Of a stretch of DNA of 22,650 nucleotides, positions 1-7,511 are shown piece after piece. The DNA lies in contig JAADCQ010000002.1 of assembly GCA_013154335.1 (NCBI GenBank), positions 1 to 22,650 of the forward strand, written 5' to 3'. Below the pieces are notes generated by a model. That model searched no databases, had not been told where the DNA came from, and saw only the letters and a list, made by a program, of their open reading frames with translations. Within the stretch, counting starts at the first letter, position 1. Every line of letters begins with the position of its first letter. The position numbers and the translations under genes were made by a program. This stretch comes from Methanopyri archaeon (lineage in GTDB: Archaea; JAADCQ01; Methanopyri; Methanopyrales; Methanopyraceae).

Positions 1-75
1 GCGGGGGGAGAGGGGGTCCGCTCGCCCACTACTCCTCATCCCCGACGTTGGGTCCGCCAGCAACCGCCTCTTCAT
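1..75 (-). CDS. possible 5' end of a further minus-strand gene running off the left edge (MKRRLLADPTSGMRSSGRADPLSPR...)
   Basis: ATG at 75..73 (reverse complement), 13 nt after the PAN stop. The frame is open to position 1 and third positions are G/C-rich. Too short for any homology call. Confidence 0.25.
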   Translation of the reverse strand, partial: MKRRLLADPTSGMRSSGRADPLSPR

Positions 76-88
76 GCGGTCCTTACCG

Positions 89-1537
89 TTAGTGGTACGC
101 CCTCTTGTACTCCGTCGATTCCTCGGTGTCCTGCATGACCTTCTCCACGGCCTTCAGGAAGTCGTCCATCGTGACGTAGTCCCTCTCCTCCCTGATGGCC
201 ATCATACCGGCCTCGGTGCAGATCGCCTTGATGTCCGCGCCCGAGGCTCCCTCCGTCATCTTGGCCAACTTCCTCAGGTCCACGTCGTCCGCGAGGTTCA
301 TGTCCCTCGTGTGGATCTTGAAGATCTCGTACCTGCCCTCCTCGTCCGGCAGCGGGATCTCGATGTGCCTGTCGAACCTACCCGGTCTCAGTAGGGCCGG
401 GTCCAGTATGTCCTTCCTGTTGGTCGCGGCGATCACCTTGATGTCGTCCAGCGGGTCGAAACCGTCCATCTCGGCCAGGAGCTGCGTTAGGGTCCTCTGC
501 ACCTCCCTGTCCCCGCTCGTGGCGTCCCTCATCCTCTTGGCACCGATGGCGTCGATCTCGTCGATGAATATGATCGAGGGCGCCTTCTCCCTGGCCAGCT
601 CGAACAGTTCCCTCACGAGCCTGGCTCCCTCGCCGATGAACTTCTGGACCAGCTCCGGGGCGGCCAGCCTGATGAAGGTGGCGTCCGCGTGTCTGGCCAC
701 GGCCTTGGCTAGGAGGGTCTTACCCGTGCCCGGCGGACCGTACAGAAGCACGCCCTTCGGTGGTTCTACACCGACCTTCTCGAACAGCTCCGGCTCCTTC
801 AGTGGCTTCTCCACGACCTCCCTCAGCTCCCTGATCTGCTCGTCGAGACCACCGATGTCGTCGTACGTGACGTCGGGCTTCTCCTCCACCTCCATCGCGA
901 GGACCCTCGAGTCCTTCTCCGAGGGGAGCACCTCCATCACGGCCATGCTCTGCTGGTTGAGGGCCACCGAGGCGCCGGGTTCTATCTCGTCCTTATCGAC
1001 CGTCGGGCTGACGTTGGACAGGAACTTGGGCCCCGTCGAGCTCTTCACTATCACACGACCGTCGTCCAGGACCTCCTCCACGGTACCGACTATCATCGGG
1101 GGGCGCTTGAGCCTCTGCAGGTCGCTGCGTAGCTTCTCGATCATCACGTCCTTGCGCCTGAGTTCCTCCCTGAGCTCGGCCTTCTCCTCCCTTTCCATCT
1201 CGAGCTCGCGCTCCAGCGACTTCCTCCTCCTGGCCTCCATCCTGAGTTTCTCCTCGTGCATTCTGAGCTTGCGCTCGAGTTCCTCCATCTTCTGGAAGTA
1301 AGAGCTGAGCATGTCCTCCATTTCCTTCAACTCGCCCTCGTACTCCTCGAGCTTCTCTGAGAGCGACTTGAGATCCTTGATGCCGAAACTCTCCATGACC
1401 TTGATGAGTTCGTCAAGGGTGGTGACTACCTCCTCCTCGCCTAGCTCCGCCAGCCTGTCACGAAGGGCTTTTAAATCGCTCAACTTGGGTCGGGGCGACG
1501 AAGCGTCGAGGAACCGTTCGATGCCTTCTTCGGCCAA
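89..1537 (-). CDS. pan: proteasome-activating nucleotidase (PAN, AAA+ ATPase, Rpt homologue)
   Basis: Walker A GPPGTGKT, Walker B IIFIDEID, arginine-finger region LLRPGRFDR. Long N-terminal coiled coil ([21 protein letters not shown]), OB segment [23 protein letters not shown], and a C-terminal ...RAYH that fits the HbYX tail. The longest-ORF start is TTG 1537; an alternative ATG at 1396 would give about 435 aa. Confidence 0.95.
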   Translation of the reverse strand: MAEEGIERFLDASSPRPKLSDLKALRDRLAELGEEEVVTTLDELIKVMESFGIKDLKSLSEKLEEYEGELKEMEDMLSSYFQKMEELERKLRMHEEKLRMEARRRKSLERELEMEREEKAELREELRRKDVMIEKLRSDLQRLKRPPMIVGTVEEVLDDGRVIVKSSTGPKFLSNVSPTVDKDEIEPGASVALNQQSMAVMEVLPSEKDSRVLAMEVEEKPDVTYDDIGGLDEQIRELREVVEKPLKEPELFEKVGVEPPKGVLLYGPPGTGKTLLAKAVARHADATFIRLAAPELVQKFIGEGARLVRELFELAREKAPSIIFIDEIDAIGAKRMRDATSGDREVQRTLTQLLAEMDGFDPLDDIKVIAATNRKDILDPALLRPGRFDRHIEIPLPDEEGRYEIFKIHTRDMNLADDVDLRKLAKMTEGASGADIKAICTEAGMMAIREERDYVTMDDFLKAVEKVMQDTEESTEYKRAYH

Positions 1538-2112
1538 GGACCATTCCCCCGCACACGGACTTCGACCTTTGGAACTCGAAATCCCAACCCGATGGGGGAC
1601 AGGATCACCCTGTCCCCCGCCTCACCCTCCACTTCGAAACCGATCTCGACGATTCCGTACAAGTATTCTTGGTCCCGCACGATCAGGTCGACGTCGGAGC
1701 CCGGGTTGGCCACCCTCATCGCCGTGGTACCGACCGGCTCCCCCACGATGAGATCCCTGAGCGGGGCCGCACAACCGACGGTCCCCATAACGCCCACCTC
1801 CGGGGCCCCGGAGGAGAGGTGGTGCAGCACCAACATCGCCCTGAAGCCGATCTCGGGGTCCACGGGGTACCCCGCGTCCTCATCGGGCTCGTCCAGCGAA
1901 GCCGGATCCAAGGCACCGGCGATCCTACGGAACGCCTCGAAGGGGGATATCTCGTCCACGATCGGTAACCCTTCCACGTGAAAAAACTTGCGATCACCCT
2001 CTGAGGCCACGACCCTCGTTCCATCCCCCCGGACCAGAATCCTCACCGTGTTCCCCCATCTCTCCCCCACCGAGCCCCCTCTCAGGATCACGATACGGGG
2101 AGAACACGTCAC
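1480..2112 (-). CDS. conserved-looking hypothetical protein (about 210 aa), partner of the CitG-like gene
   Basis: GTG start at 2112, acidic composition, G/C-rich third positions. It overlaps the CitG-like 3' end by 119 nt and the PAN 5' end by 58 nt. I can name no motif. Its position directly downstream of a CitG-like gene recalls the DUF447/CitG pairing of H4MPT-linked gene sets, but that is unverified. Confidence 0.6.
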   Translation of the reverse strand: MTCSPRIVILRGGSVGERWGNTVRILVRGDGTRVVASEGDRKFFHVEGLPIVDEISPFEAFRRIAGALDPASLDEPDEDAGYPVDPEIGFRAMLVLHHLSSGAPEVGVMGTVGCAAPLRDLIVGEPVGTTAMRVANPGSDVDLIVRDQEYLYGIVEIGFEVEGEAGDRVILSPIGLGFRVPKVEVRVRGNGPWPKKASNGSSTLRRPDPS

Positions 2113-2941
2113 GCCCGTACCTCACCCCCACCACCGCGAGCCCCACGGCCGTCACGTCCGCGGCGGCCGCGGGCTTGACCCCCACGGAATCGAACACCGA
2201 CACCAACTCATCCAGCTCCGCCTCTCCCCTCATCGCCTTAGACGCCATCGACCTGACGAACCGCCTCTCCCCCTCGCTCAGGCCCGCGTCCTCTATCACC
2301 ACCATGCAGGCCAAGGTCGACGCGACCACAGCCCTCCCCAGCGAGCCCGTCCTCGCCAGAACCCTCACCAGGACCGGAACCGAAACCGTCCTCACTGTGA
2401 CGAACCCCGACAACGCCTCACCCAGGACCCCGGGTAGTCCCTCCTCGATCCTCCTTCTACCGCACTTCGTGTGAGAGCACCTCTCGAACTCACTCACGAT
2501 CTCCGGGGCCACCTCCCTCACGGTGTCGAACGGAAGGGGATCCCCGGACAATCCCGCGGAATAGCAGTACAAGGCCCCTAAGAAGAGGACCCCTCTTACC
2601 GTGTTCGGACCGCCCGCCTCCGTCATCACGTCCACATTCCACGCGGGTATCAACCTGGCCAGCGCCGCGGGTCCCTCCCCTTCCAGCCCCATCTCGAGGG
2701 CTTCCTCGAGGCAGTCCTTGAACGCCGTGAGGCACCTGGAGAACTCCAGGACGTCCATGTCCACGTTCGGATGAGGAGAGAACGGGTCCACGAGGCCAGG
2801 CTTAGGACCGCAACATACCTCCACGGCCACCGCGTCCTTGAACGCGCTCGGGAGCTCCCTCAGCCCGAGAGGAGCTTCAACACGCTGCAACCGGCGGGCG
2901 ACCAACGGCTGGCCACCACCTCCCCCCGACCGTTCACCCAT
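1994..2941 (-). CDS. triphosphoribosyl-dephospho-CoA synthase (CitG)-like protein
   Basis: N-terminal CitG signature VEVCCGPKPGLVD...NVDMD, central GGPNTVRGVLFLGALY (compare TNTxLG(I/T)xLL), and C-terminal AAAADVTAVGLAVV (compare GTSADLxAA). ATG at 2941, with alternative TTG at 2890. The last ~40 aa are Gly-rich read-through over the next gene. Confidence 0.75.
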   Translation of the reverse strand: MGERSGGGGGQPLVARRLQRVEAPLGLRELPSAFKDAVAVEVCCGPKPGLVDPFSPHPNVDMDVLEFSRCLTAFKDCLEEALEMGLEGEGPAALARLIPAWNVDVMTEAGGPNTVRGVLFLGALYCYSAGLSGDPLPFDTVREVAPEIVSEFERCSHTKCGRRRIEEGLPGVLGEALSGFVTVRTVSVPVLVRVLARTGSLGRAVVASTLACMVVIEDAGLSEGERRFVRSMASKAMRGEAELDELVSVFDSVGVKPAAAADVTAVGLAVVGVRYGRDVFSPYRDPERGLGGGEMGEHGEDSGPGGWNEGRGLRG

Positions 2942-3468
2942 AGGATATCGTCGGACGAAACTGGACCATCGGGTTCGGTCACCATCTCGCCCTCGACGAA
3001 CGCCAACTCGTAGCGCCCTACCCTAAGGTAGGCGCAAGGGCAACACTCCCTGAACACGTCAAGGTTCGTGATCAGCCTCCTGGCCAGCCTACCTCCGGAG
3101 GCCGAGAACGCCAACAGACCGTGATGACCGGCGTCGGCCACCCGCTCTCCGGTCAAATCCTCCAGCAAACCGACCGCCCTCACGTCCACCACCGCGCACA
3201 CCGTGATCCTCCCGCCATCCTTCGGCTGCACCCTCACGGTACCCGACGAAGCACCGTCCGGTCCCGCCTCGACGGGTACCCTAACGGTGCCCACGTCCTC
3301 AACGGCCTCCCCGTGCACGAACGCCCCACGCTCGAACCTCTCCTCCCTCGCCACCGTCCCTATCACCAGCGCTTCCTCGACGTGACACCCCTCCAGCACG
3401 GACCCCACCACGACTGAGTCCCTGACCTCGCAGTTCCTCAACGTCGATCCCTCTACCTTCGATGTCAT
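2860..3468 (-). CDS. hypothetical protein (202 aa) with a short beta-helix-like N-terminus and a Cys cluster (FRECCPCAYL)
   Basis: ATG at 3468..3466 forms an ATGA overlap with the stop of the upstream gene (3467..3465). The N-terminus STLRNCEVRDSVVVGSVLEGCHVEEALVIGTV is repeat-like. I recognise no family. Confidence 0.6.
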   Translation of the reverse strand: MTSKVEGSTLRNCEVRDSVVVGSVLEGCHVEEALVIGTVAREERFERGAFVHGEAVEDVGTVRVPVEAGPDGASSGTVRVQPKDGGRITVCAVVDVRAVGLLEDLTGERVADAGHHGLLAFSASGGRLARRLITNLDVFRECCPCAYLRVGRYELAFVEGEMVTEPDGPVSSDDILWVNGRGEVVASRWSPAGCSVLKLLSG

Positions 3469-4220
3469 CGACCGGAACCCCCGACCTTCCGCACCACCGG
3501 GACGACCATCTTGAACCTGAACCCGCTCCCGGGCACCTTCACGGACGATCCGCCCCTGTACACCAGCCACCCGTCCTCCGCCATCACGACACCGTAATCG
3601 CCCGGCTCGCCCTCCTCCACCGTCGGCCCATCCTCCGTGACCTCGACGGAGAACCCGTCCTCGAACGTCTCACCGTCCACTTCGACGCCGGTTTCCTCGA
3701 CCTTCACATCGAGGACCACGGAATCGATGACCATACCACGAGGCATCGCGGGGTTGCCCCCCACGACACCCCTGGGAGGAACGTCCTCAGTGACGACGCT
3801 CCCCGGCTCCACCACGGCCCCGTCCCCGATCCTGACCCCGGGTAGCACCGAGCACCCCGGTCCCAGGAGCACCCCCTCGCCGACCTCGGGAGGTTCTATC
3901 TCACCGCTGACCCTGAGCTGACCCAGGACGGTGCCCGGATGCACGGTGGTACCGTCGCCCACGCTTCCCGTGACCGTACACCTGGATCCGACGAGCACCC
4001 CCTCGACCTCGCAGTTGTAGAGCACCGCATCACCCTCGACGGACGTTCGAGTCAGGAAAGCGTCCGGACCGAGCCTGACCCTCGGACCGATCAGGCTACC
4101 GGGATCGGCGCTGACGTCGCCCAGCACTATCACGGTATCCGGGTCCACCACGGCCGGATGCTGGTCCTTATTCCTCCTCGTCAGGGGGATGGGTCGATCC
4201 CCGGCCAACCCGCCCGGCAC
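3465..4220 (-). CDS. left-handed beta-helix (hexapeptide-repeat) acyltransferase-like protein with an acidic C-terminal extension
   Basis: Hexapeptide-type repeats (VLGDVSADPGSLIGPRVRLGPDAFL; VLLGPGCSVLPGVRIGDGAVVEPGSVV) end in VPPRGVVGGNPA, typical of LbH transferases. About 95 aa of unassigned Asp/Glu/Val-rich sequence follow. GTG at 4220; alternative GTG starts at 4151 or 4148 would remove the overlap with the upstream gene. Confidence 0.7.
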   Translation of the reverse strand: MPGGLAGDRPIPLTRRNKDQHPAVVDPDTVIVLGDVSADPGSLIGPRVRLGPDAFLTRTSVEGDAVLYNCEVEGVLVGSRCTVTGSVGDGTTVHPGTVLGQLRVSGEIEPPEVGEGVLLGPGCSVLPGVRIGDGAVVEPGSVVTEDVPPRGVVGGNPAMPRGMVIDSVVLDVKVEETGVEVDGETFEDGFSVEVTEDGPTVEEGEPGDYGVVMAEDGWLVYRGGSSVKVPGSGFRFKMVVPVVRKVGGSGR

Positions 4221-4452
4221 CCCCGACCACCTCGAGGCATCGGAAGGCCGCCGACGCGCACCTTAACACGTCATCCACGGCCGCCTTGGCCGAGCCGGTC
4301 CCCACGGCCCGGATCTCCACCCTCTTCCCCCTGACCTCGCACCAGGGGTCCGAATCGGGGGCCAGGGCGGCGGTCACGATCTCGTCGTCCAGCTCCAACA
4401 GCACCTTCACTTCCGGCTCGGGACCGGTCGGGCAGCTCACCCGTGTCTTCAC
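4168..4452 (-). CDS. KEOPS complex Pcc1-like subunit (94 aa)
   Basis: Size and pattern (VKVLLELDDEIVTAALAPDSDPWCEVRGKRVEIRAVGTGSAKAAVDDVLRCASAAFRCLEV) match the Pcc1/CTAG fold pattern: strand, helix, strand-strand, then a long helix with a conserved (L)R. GTG at 4452..4450 overlaps the cupin stop as GTGA. Confidence 0.5.
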   Translation of the reverse strand: MKTRVSCPTGPEPEVKVLLELDDEIVTAALAPDSDPWCEVRGKRVEIRAVGTGSAKAAVDDVLRCASAAFRCLEVVGGAGRVGRGSTHPPDEEE

Positions 4453-4820
4453 TCCCGCTCGGGTCCGCGTAGGCCTAGCTCCTCATCCCGGACCATCTCC
4501 TTGGGGTCCAGCACGTCCTCGGGATCGAACGGGGGACTACACACCACCAGCAGGTCCATCTCACCATCGACCGAGTGGACGGTCCCGGGTTCGATGACGA
4601 TCAGGTCCCCCTCCTTAACCTCCACGGGCCTACCGTCTAGTTCGACGATCCCCTCTCCTCTCACTACGAAGTAGATCTCTTCCGTGCGTGAATGGTAGTG
4701 AGGCTCGCCCTCGCCCCTCACCTCCACCAACGCCACCGAGACCTTACGATCCCTGTGGAGCTCGCGCACCCGACCGCAAGGTCCCTCCTCGGGTCTTCGG
4801 TTCAACACGGCCCTCCACAC
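4449..4820 (-). CDS. cupin-domain protein (about 123 aa)
   Basis: Cupin motif 1 is GEGEPHYHSRTEEIYFVVRGEG and motif 2 is GDLIVIEPGTVHSV. My preferred start is GTG 4820 (alternative TTG 4805). The track ORF extends to 5021, but that N-terminal part has no cupin-like sequence and overlaps the ClC gene. Confidence 0.8.
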   Translation of the reverse strand: MWRAVLNRRPEEGPCGRVRELHRDRKVSVALVEVRGEGEPHYHSRTEEIYFVVRGEGIVELDGRPVEVKEGDLIVIEPGTVHSVDGEMDLLVVCSPPFDPEDVLDPKEMVRDEELGLRGPERE

Positions 4821-4844
4821 AGGGGTTACCCCGGGGGGACGACG

Positions 4845-6041
4845 TTGGGCTCGGAGGTTAGAACGTTCCTCAAATGGACCCTGCTGTCGGCCAGCCTGGG
4901 CACCGCCGGCGGGTTGTACGCCACACTCATATCGTTGACGATAACCCATCTCTCCTCCCTGAGGGGAACCCACGTGTTCCAGATCCCCATCGTCATGGGG
5001 GCACTGGGGGTCCTCGCCCATAGCGTCGAGGAACTGAGGGGAACGGGTCTGGAGATCGTCGAGGAGAGGTTCCCCGACGAGCCGATCGGGGCGCTGAAGG
5101 GCCTGGGGAAGCTGGTGGCCGCCGGTGTCAACATAGGCCTCGGTGCGAGCGGGGGTCAGGTCGGTCCGTGCCTTCAGGCCTCATCGGGCTTGGGGGACAC
5201 CGTGGCGAGGAAGCTCTCCCTTAACAGGTTCGAGAGGAAATGGGCCGTGGTCAGCGCCGCGTCGGGAGGCGTGGGGGGTGTTCTGTGCTCCCCGGTGGCC
5301 TCCGCGTTCTTCGTCGTGGAGGCCCTGTTGGCCAGGGAGGAGAGATTCGATTACAGGCTCTTCTTCCCCGCGATGCTGGCGGGGGCCTGCGGGTACAGCG
5401 TATACGAGGCCCTATGCGGGAAAGCCTACCTCTTGATCCCGCCTCACCCCGCCTACCAGTACGTCCCGTGGCACCTACCCAGGCTCATGGTGGTGGCCGC
5501 CATCGCTTCCGGTGCCGCCCTCGCGTACGTCAAGCTTGTCAGGGGAGCCAGGAGGTGGATGACGGAGCGCCTCAGACCGATGCCCGTTCGAACGCTCCTA
5601 GCGGGGATAGGGGTGGCCCTGGTGGGGTACCTAGTTCCCACGGCCACCGGGTTGGGCTTGGACTACGCGGCGGCCTCCCTCACCAAGTACCCGGCTTGGT
5701 GGGACGGGGTGTCCGCCCTCGCGAAGGCCTTGGCCACGGCCTTCACGGTCGGTAGCCAAGCCCCCGCGGGGCTGGTGTCGCCCACGGTGTGCACGGGGAC
5801 CTTCCTGGGGGCTTTCCTGGGGAAGACGCTCGGCCCCTCCGTCTACGCCGGGGCCGCCACGACGTTGGCGGCTTTCATAGCCGCAACCTTCAACACGCCC
5901 ATAGCGGCGGTCGTGCTCGTGATCCAGACCTTCGGCGTCGATTGCACCGTTCCGGCGGCCGTGGGTGCGATGTTGGGGTACGAACTGCTCAGACACGAGC
6001 ACCTGCTGACTCTCCCCGTGAGAAGGGGTCTCCGGGGTTGA
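4845..6041 (+). CDS. ClC-family (voltage-gated chloride channel/transporter-like) membrane protein, short form without CBS domains
   Basis: Polytopic hydrophobic protein with ClC-like motifs: GTGLEIV (compare GSGIPE), GLGASGGQVGP (compare GxEGP) and GLVSPTVCTGTFLG (compare GGxFxPxLxxGA). Preferred start is TTG 4845, just before the first helix (FLKWTLLSASLGTAGGLYATLI). The track ORF starts at 4692. Confidence 0.7.
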   Translation: MGSEVRTFLKWTLLSASLGTAGGLYATLISLTITHLSSLRGTHVFQIPIVMGALGVLAHSVEELRGTGLEIVEERFPDEPIGALKGLGKLVAAGVNIGLGASGGQVGPCLQASSGLGDTVARKLSLNRFERKWAVVSAASGGVGGVLCSPVASAFFVVEALLAREERFDYRLFFPAMLAGACGYSVYEALCGKAYLLIPPHPAYQYVPWHLPRLMVVAAIASGAALAYVKLVRGARRWMTERLRPMPVRTLLAGIGVALVGYLVPTATGLGLDYAAASLTKYPAWWDGVSALAKALATAFTVGSQAPAGLVSPTVCTGTFLGAFLGKTLGPSVYAGAATTLAAFIAATFNTPIAAVVLVIQTFGVDCTVPAAVGAMLGYELLRHEHLLTLPVRRGLRG

Positions 6042-6640
6042 CCCTGGAGGTTGAGATCAAGGTAAGGGTCGACGACCCGGAGCGGGTGGAGGAGATACTC
6101 AGCGAGGAGGGCGAGCACGTCCGTACGCTGCGGCAGGAGGACGTTTACTTCTCGCACCCCTGCAGGGATTTCGCCGAGACCGACGAGGCGCTCAGGTTAC
6201 GCGAGGTGGAAACCGAGGAGGGGTCGACCTGCATCCTCACGTACAAGGGTCCCAAGATCGGTGACGTCGGTAAATCGAGGGTCGAGATCGAGGTGGAGGT
6301 GTCGGATAGGGAAGCCGCAAGGGAGATACTGGAGAGGCTCGGGTTCGAGCCCTTGGAGGATATGGTGATAAGGAAGGTCCGAAAGGTGTACGCTCTGCAC
6401 GTCGACGGTACGAGGGTGGAGGCTTGTTTAGATACGGTGGAGGGGTTGGGTACGTTCCTCGAGGTGGAGATCGAAGCGGAGGAGGACGCGGACGTTGACG
6501 AGCTCGAGGCCATGCTTTTGGAACTCGTACGGGACCGGCTCGGCGTTCGAGGCGAGGTGGTCCGTGACTCCTACCTGGAGCTGCTGATGCGGAAGGAGGG
6601 AGTGGTGGAGGATGGTGTTCAGGGCGATAAGAAAGCATAG
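6038..6640 (+). CDS. CYTH-domain protein (class IV adenylate cyclase / triphosphate tunnel metalloenzyme family)
   Basis: N-terminal ExExK signature (TLEVEIKVRV), then EALRLRE, ILTYKGPK, SRVEIEVEV, GTFLEVEIEA and SYLELL, as in CyaB/ThTPase-like proteins. TTG 6038 overlaps the ClC stop as TTGA. The track ORF start at 5789 lies inside the ClC gene. Confidence 0.8.
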   Translation: MTLEVEIKVRVDDPERVEEILSEEGEHVRTLRQEDVYFSHPCRDFAETDEALRLREVETEEGSTCILTYKGPKIGDVGKSRVEIEVEVSDREAAREILERLGFEPLEDMVIRKVRKVYALHVDGTRVEACLDTVEGLGTFLEVEIEAEEDADVDELEAMLLELVRDRLGVRGEVVRDSYLELLMRKEGVVEDGVQGDKKA

Positions 6641-7511
6641 ACGGAAGATAGTGACGGGCGGTATCCTGTTCATAGCGGCCATGATGGTGCTATCGGCGAT
6701 CCCCACCTACTTCATGGGGGCCGGATCGAAGAACGTCGTGGCGATCAAGGGGTACGTGCAAGGGACCGTGTACAAGGGGTACTCCCTCCAGGCCGTCAGG
6801 GTCCTCTGCATCCCTAAGTCCGGTGTATCGACGAACGAGGTGAAGAAGGCCGTGTCGAACGTCCCCGGGGTGGAGAACGCCAACGTGGCCAAGGTGAAGT
6901 ACCAGGGGACGACGCTCTACGTCGTCGACGCCCTGGTGGCCACCACGGCCAACCTGAACAAGGTCAAGGACGATGTGACCAAGGCGATATCCAAGTACGT
7001 GTTGGCGTCCAGGGCTTTCGAGGTCAAGGGATCGGTCTTCGTGTTTCAGGCGGCCTTCAGGGGTAAACCGGATACGTCCAAGATAGAATCGAACCTTAAG
7101 AAGTACCTTAAGACCGAGATGATAGGGAAACCCAAGATAGAGACTAAGTACAACGCAGTGATAGGAGAGGTAATATGTAACGTTGCCTCTAAGGGACATG
7201 TAGCCATAAAAGACGCCATCTTAAAGGCGTTGAAGAATTCCGGAGCTACGGGCGCTTTGGTGTATGAGAAGGTACTTGTAAAGGTTCAAAGTGGCACGCT
7301 AGAATTATTGGGTCCGGGTGAAACTAAGATAGGAACGAAAAAAGTTAACTTCGGAGGTAGACTTCAGCCGGCTCTCCTGGCGCCGGAGCACGTAGGCAAC
7401 GGCAAGAAGGTGAAGCTGTACCTGTGGATAGCGTTCATGCAGAACGGCAAGCAGAGGGCGTACCTCGTGGATCCAGTCCTACTGGGTCCCGCCTACCGGT
7501 TCTTCGCGTGA
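6612..7511 (+). CDS. membrane-anchored, Lys-rich protein with four tandem ~40-aa alpha/beta modules (family unknown; paralogue of 18694..19311)
   Basis: ATG 6612 is preceded by GGAGG-rich sequence (6595-6611). One N-terminal hydrophobic anchor, then repeated modules. The central part is AT-rich. See findings. Confidence 0.75.
   Translation: MVFRAIRKHRRKIVTGGILFIAAMMVLSAIPTYFMGAGSKNVVAIKGYVQGTVYKGYSLQAVRVLCIPKSGVSTNEVKKAVSNVPGVENANVAKVKYQGTTLYVVDALVATTANLNKVKDDVTKAISKYVLASRAFEVKGSVFVFQAAFRGKPDTSKIESNLKKYLKTEMIGKPKIETKYNAVIGEVICNVASKGHVAIKDAILKALKNSGATGALVYEKVLVKVQSGTLELLGPGETKIGTKKVNFGGRLQPALLAPEHVGNGKKVKLYLWIAFMQNGKQRAYLVDPVLLGPAYRFFA

Noticed and set aside
195-1301. 368-aa plus-strand ORF antisense to PAN (Ser-rich)
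   Set aside because: It is the mirror frame of a clearly homologous AAA+ gene. The product is low-complexity and Ser/Leu-rich, as expected for antisense frames in high-GC DNA. No motifs.
4692-4844. Upstream extension of the ClC ORF, with analogous extensions 4821-5021 of the cupin ORF, 5789-6037 of the CYTH ORF and 9135-9248 of the 2PGK ORF
   Set aside because: The extensions overlap neighbouring genes extensively. They encode Arg/His/Pro- or Ser-rich sequence with no similarity to the respective families. Better-placed GTG/TTG/ATG starts exist.
6342-6352. GGTTCGAGCCC, resembling a tRNA T-arm
   Set aside because: No acceptor, D or anticodon arms can be built around it. It lies in frame within the CYTH gene (LGFEPL).
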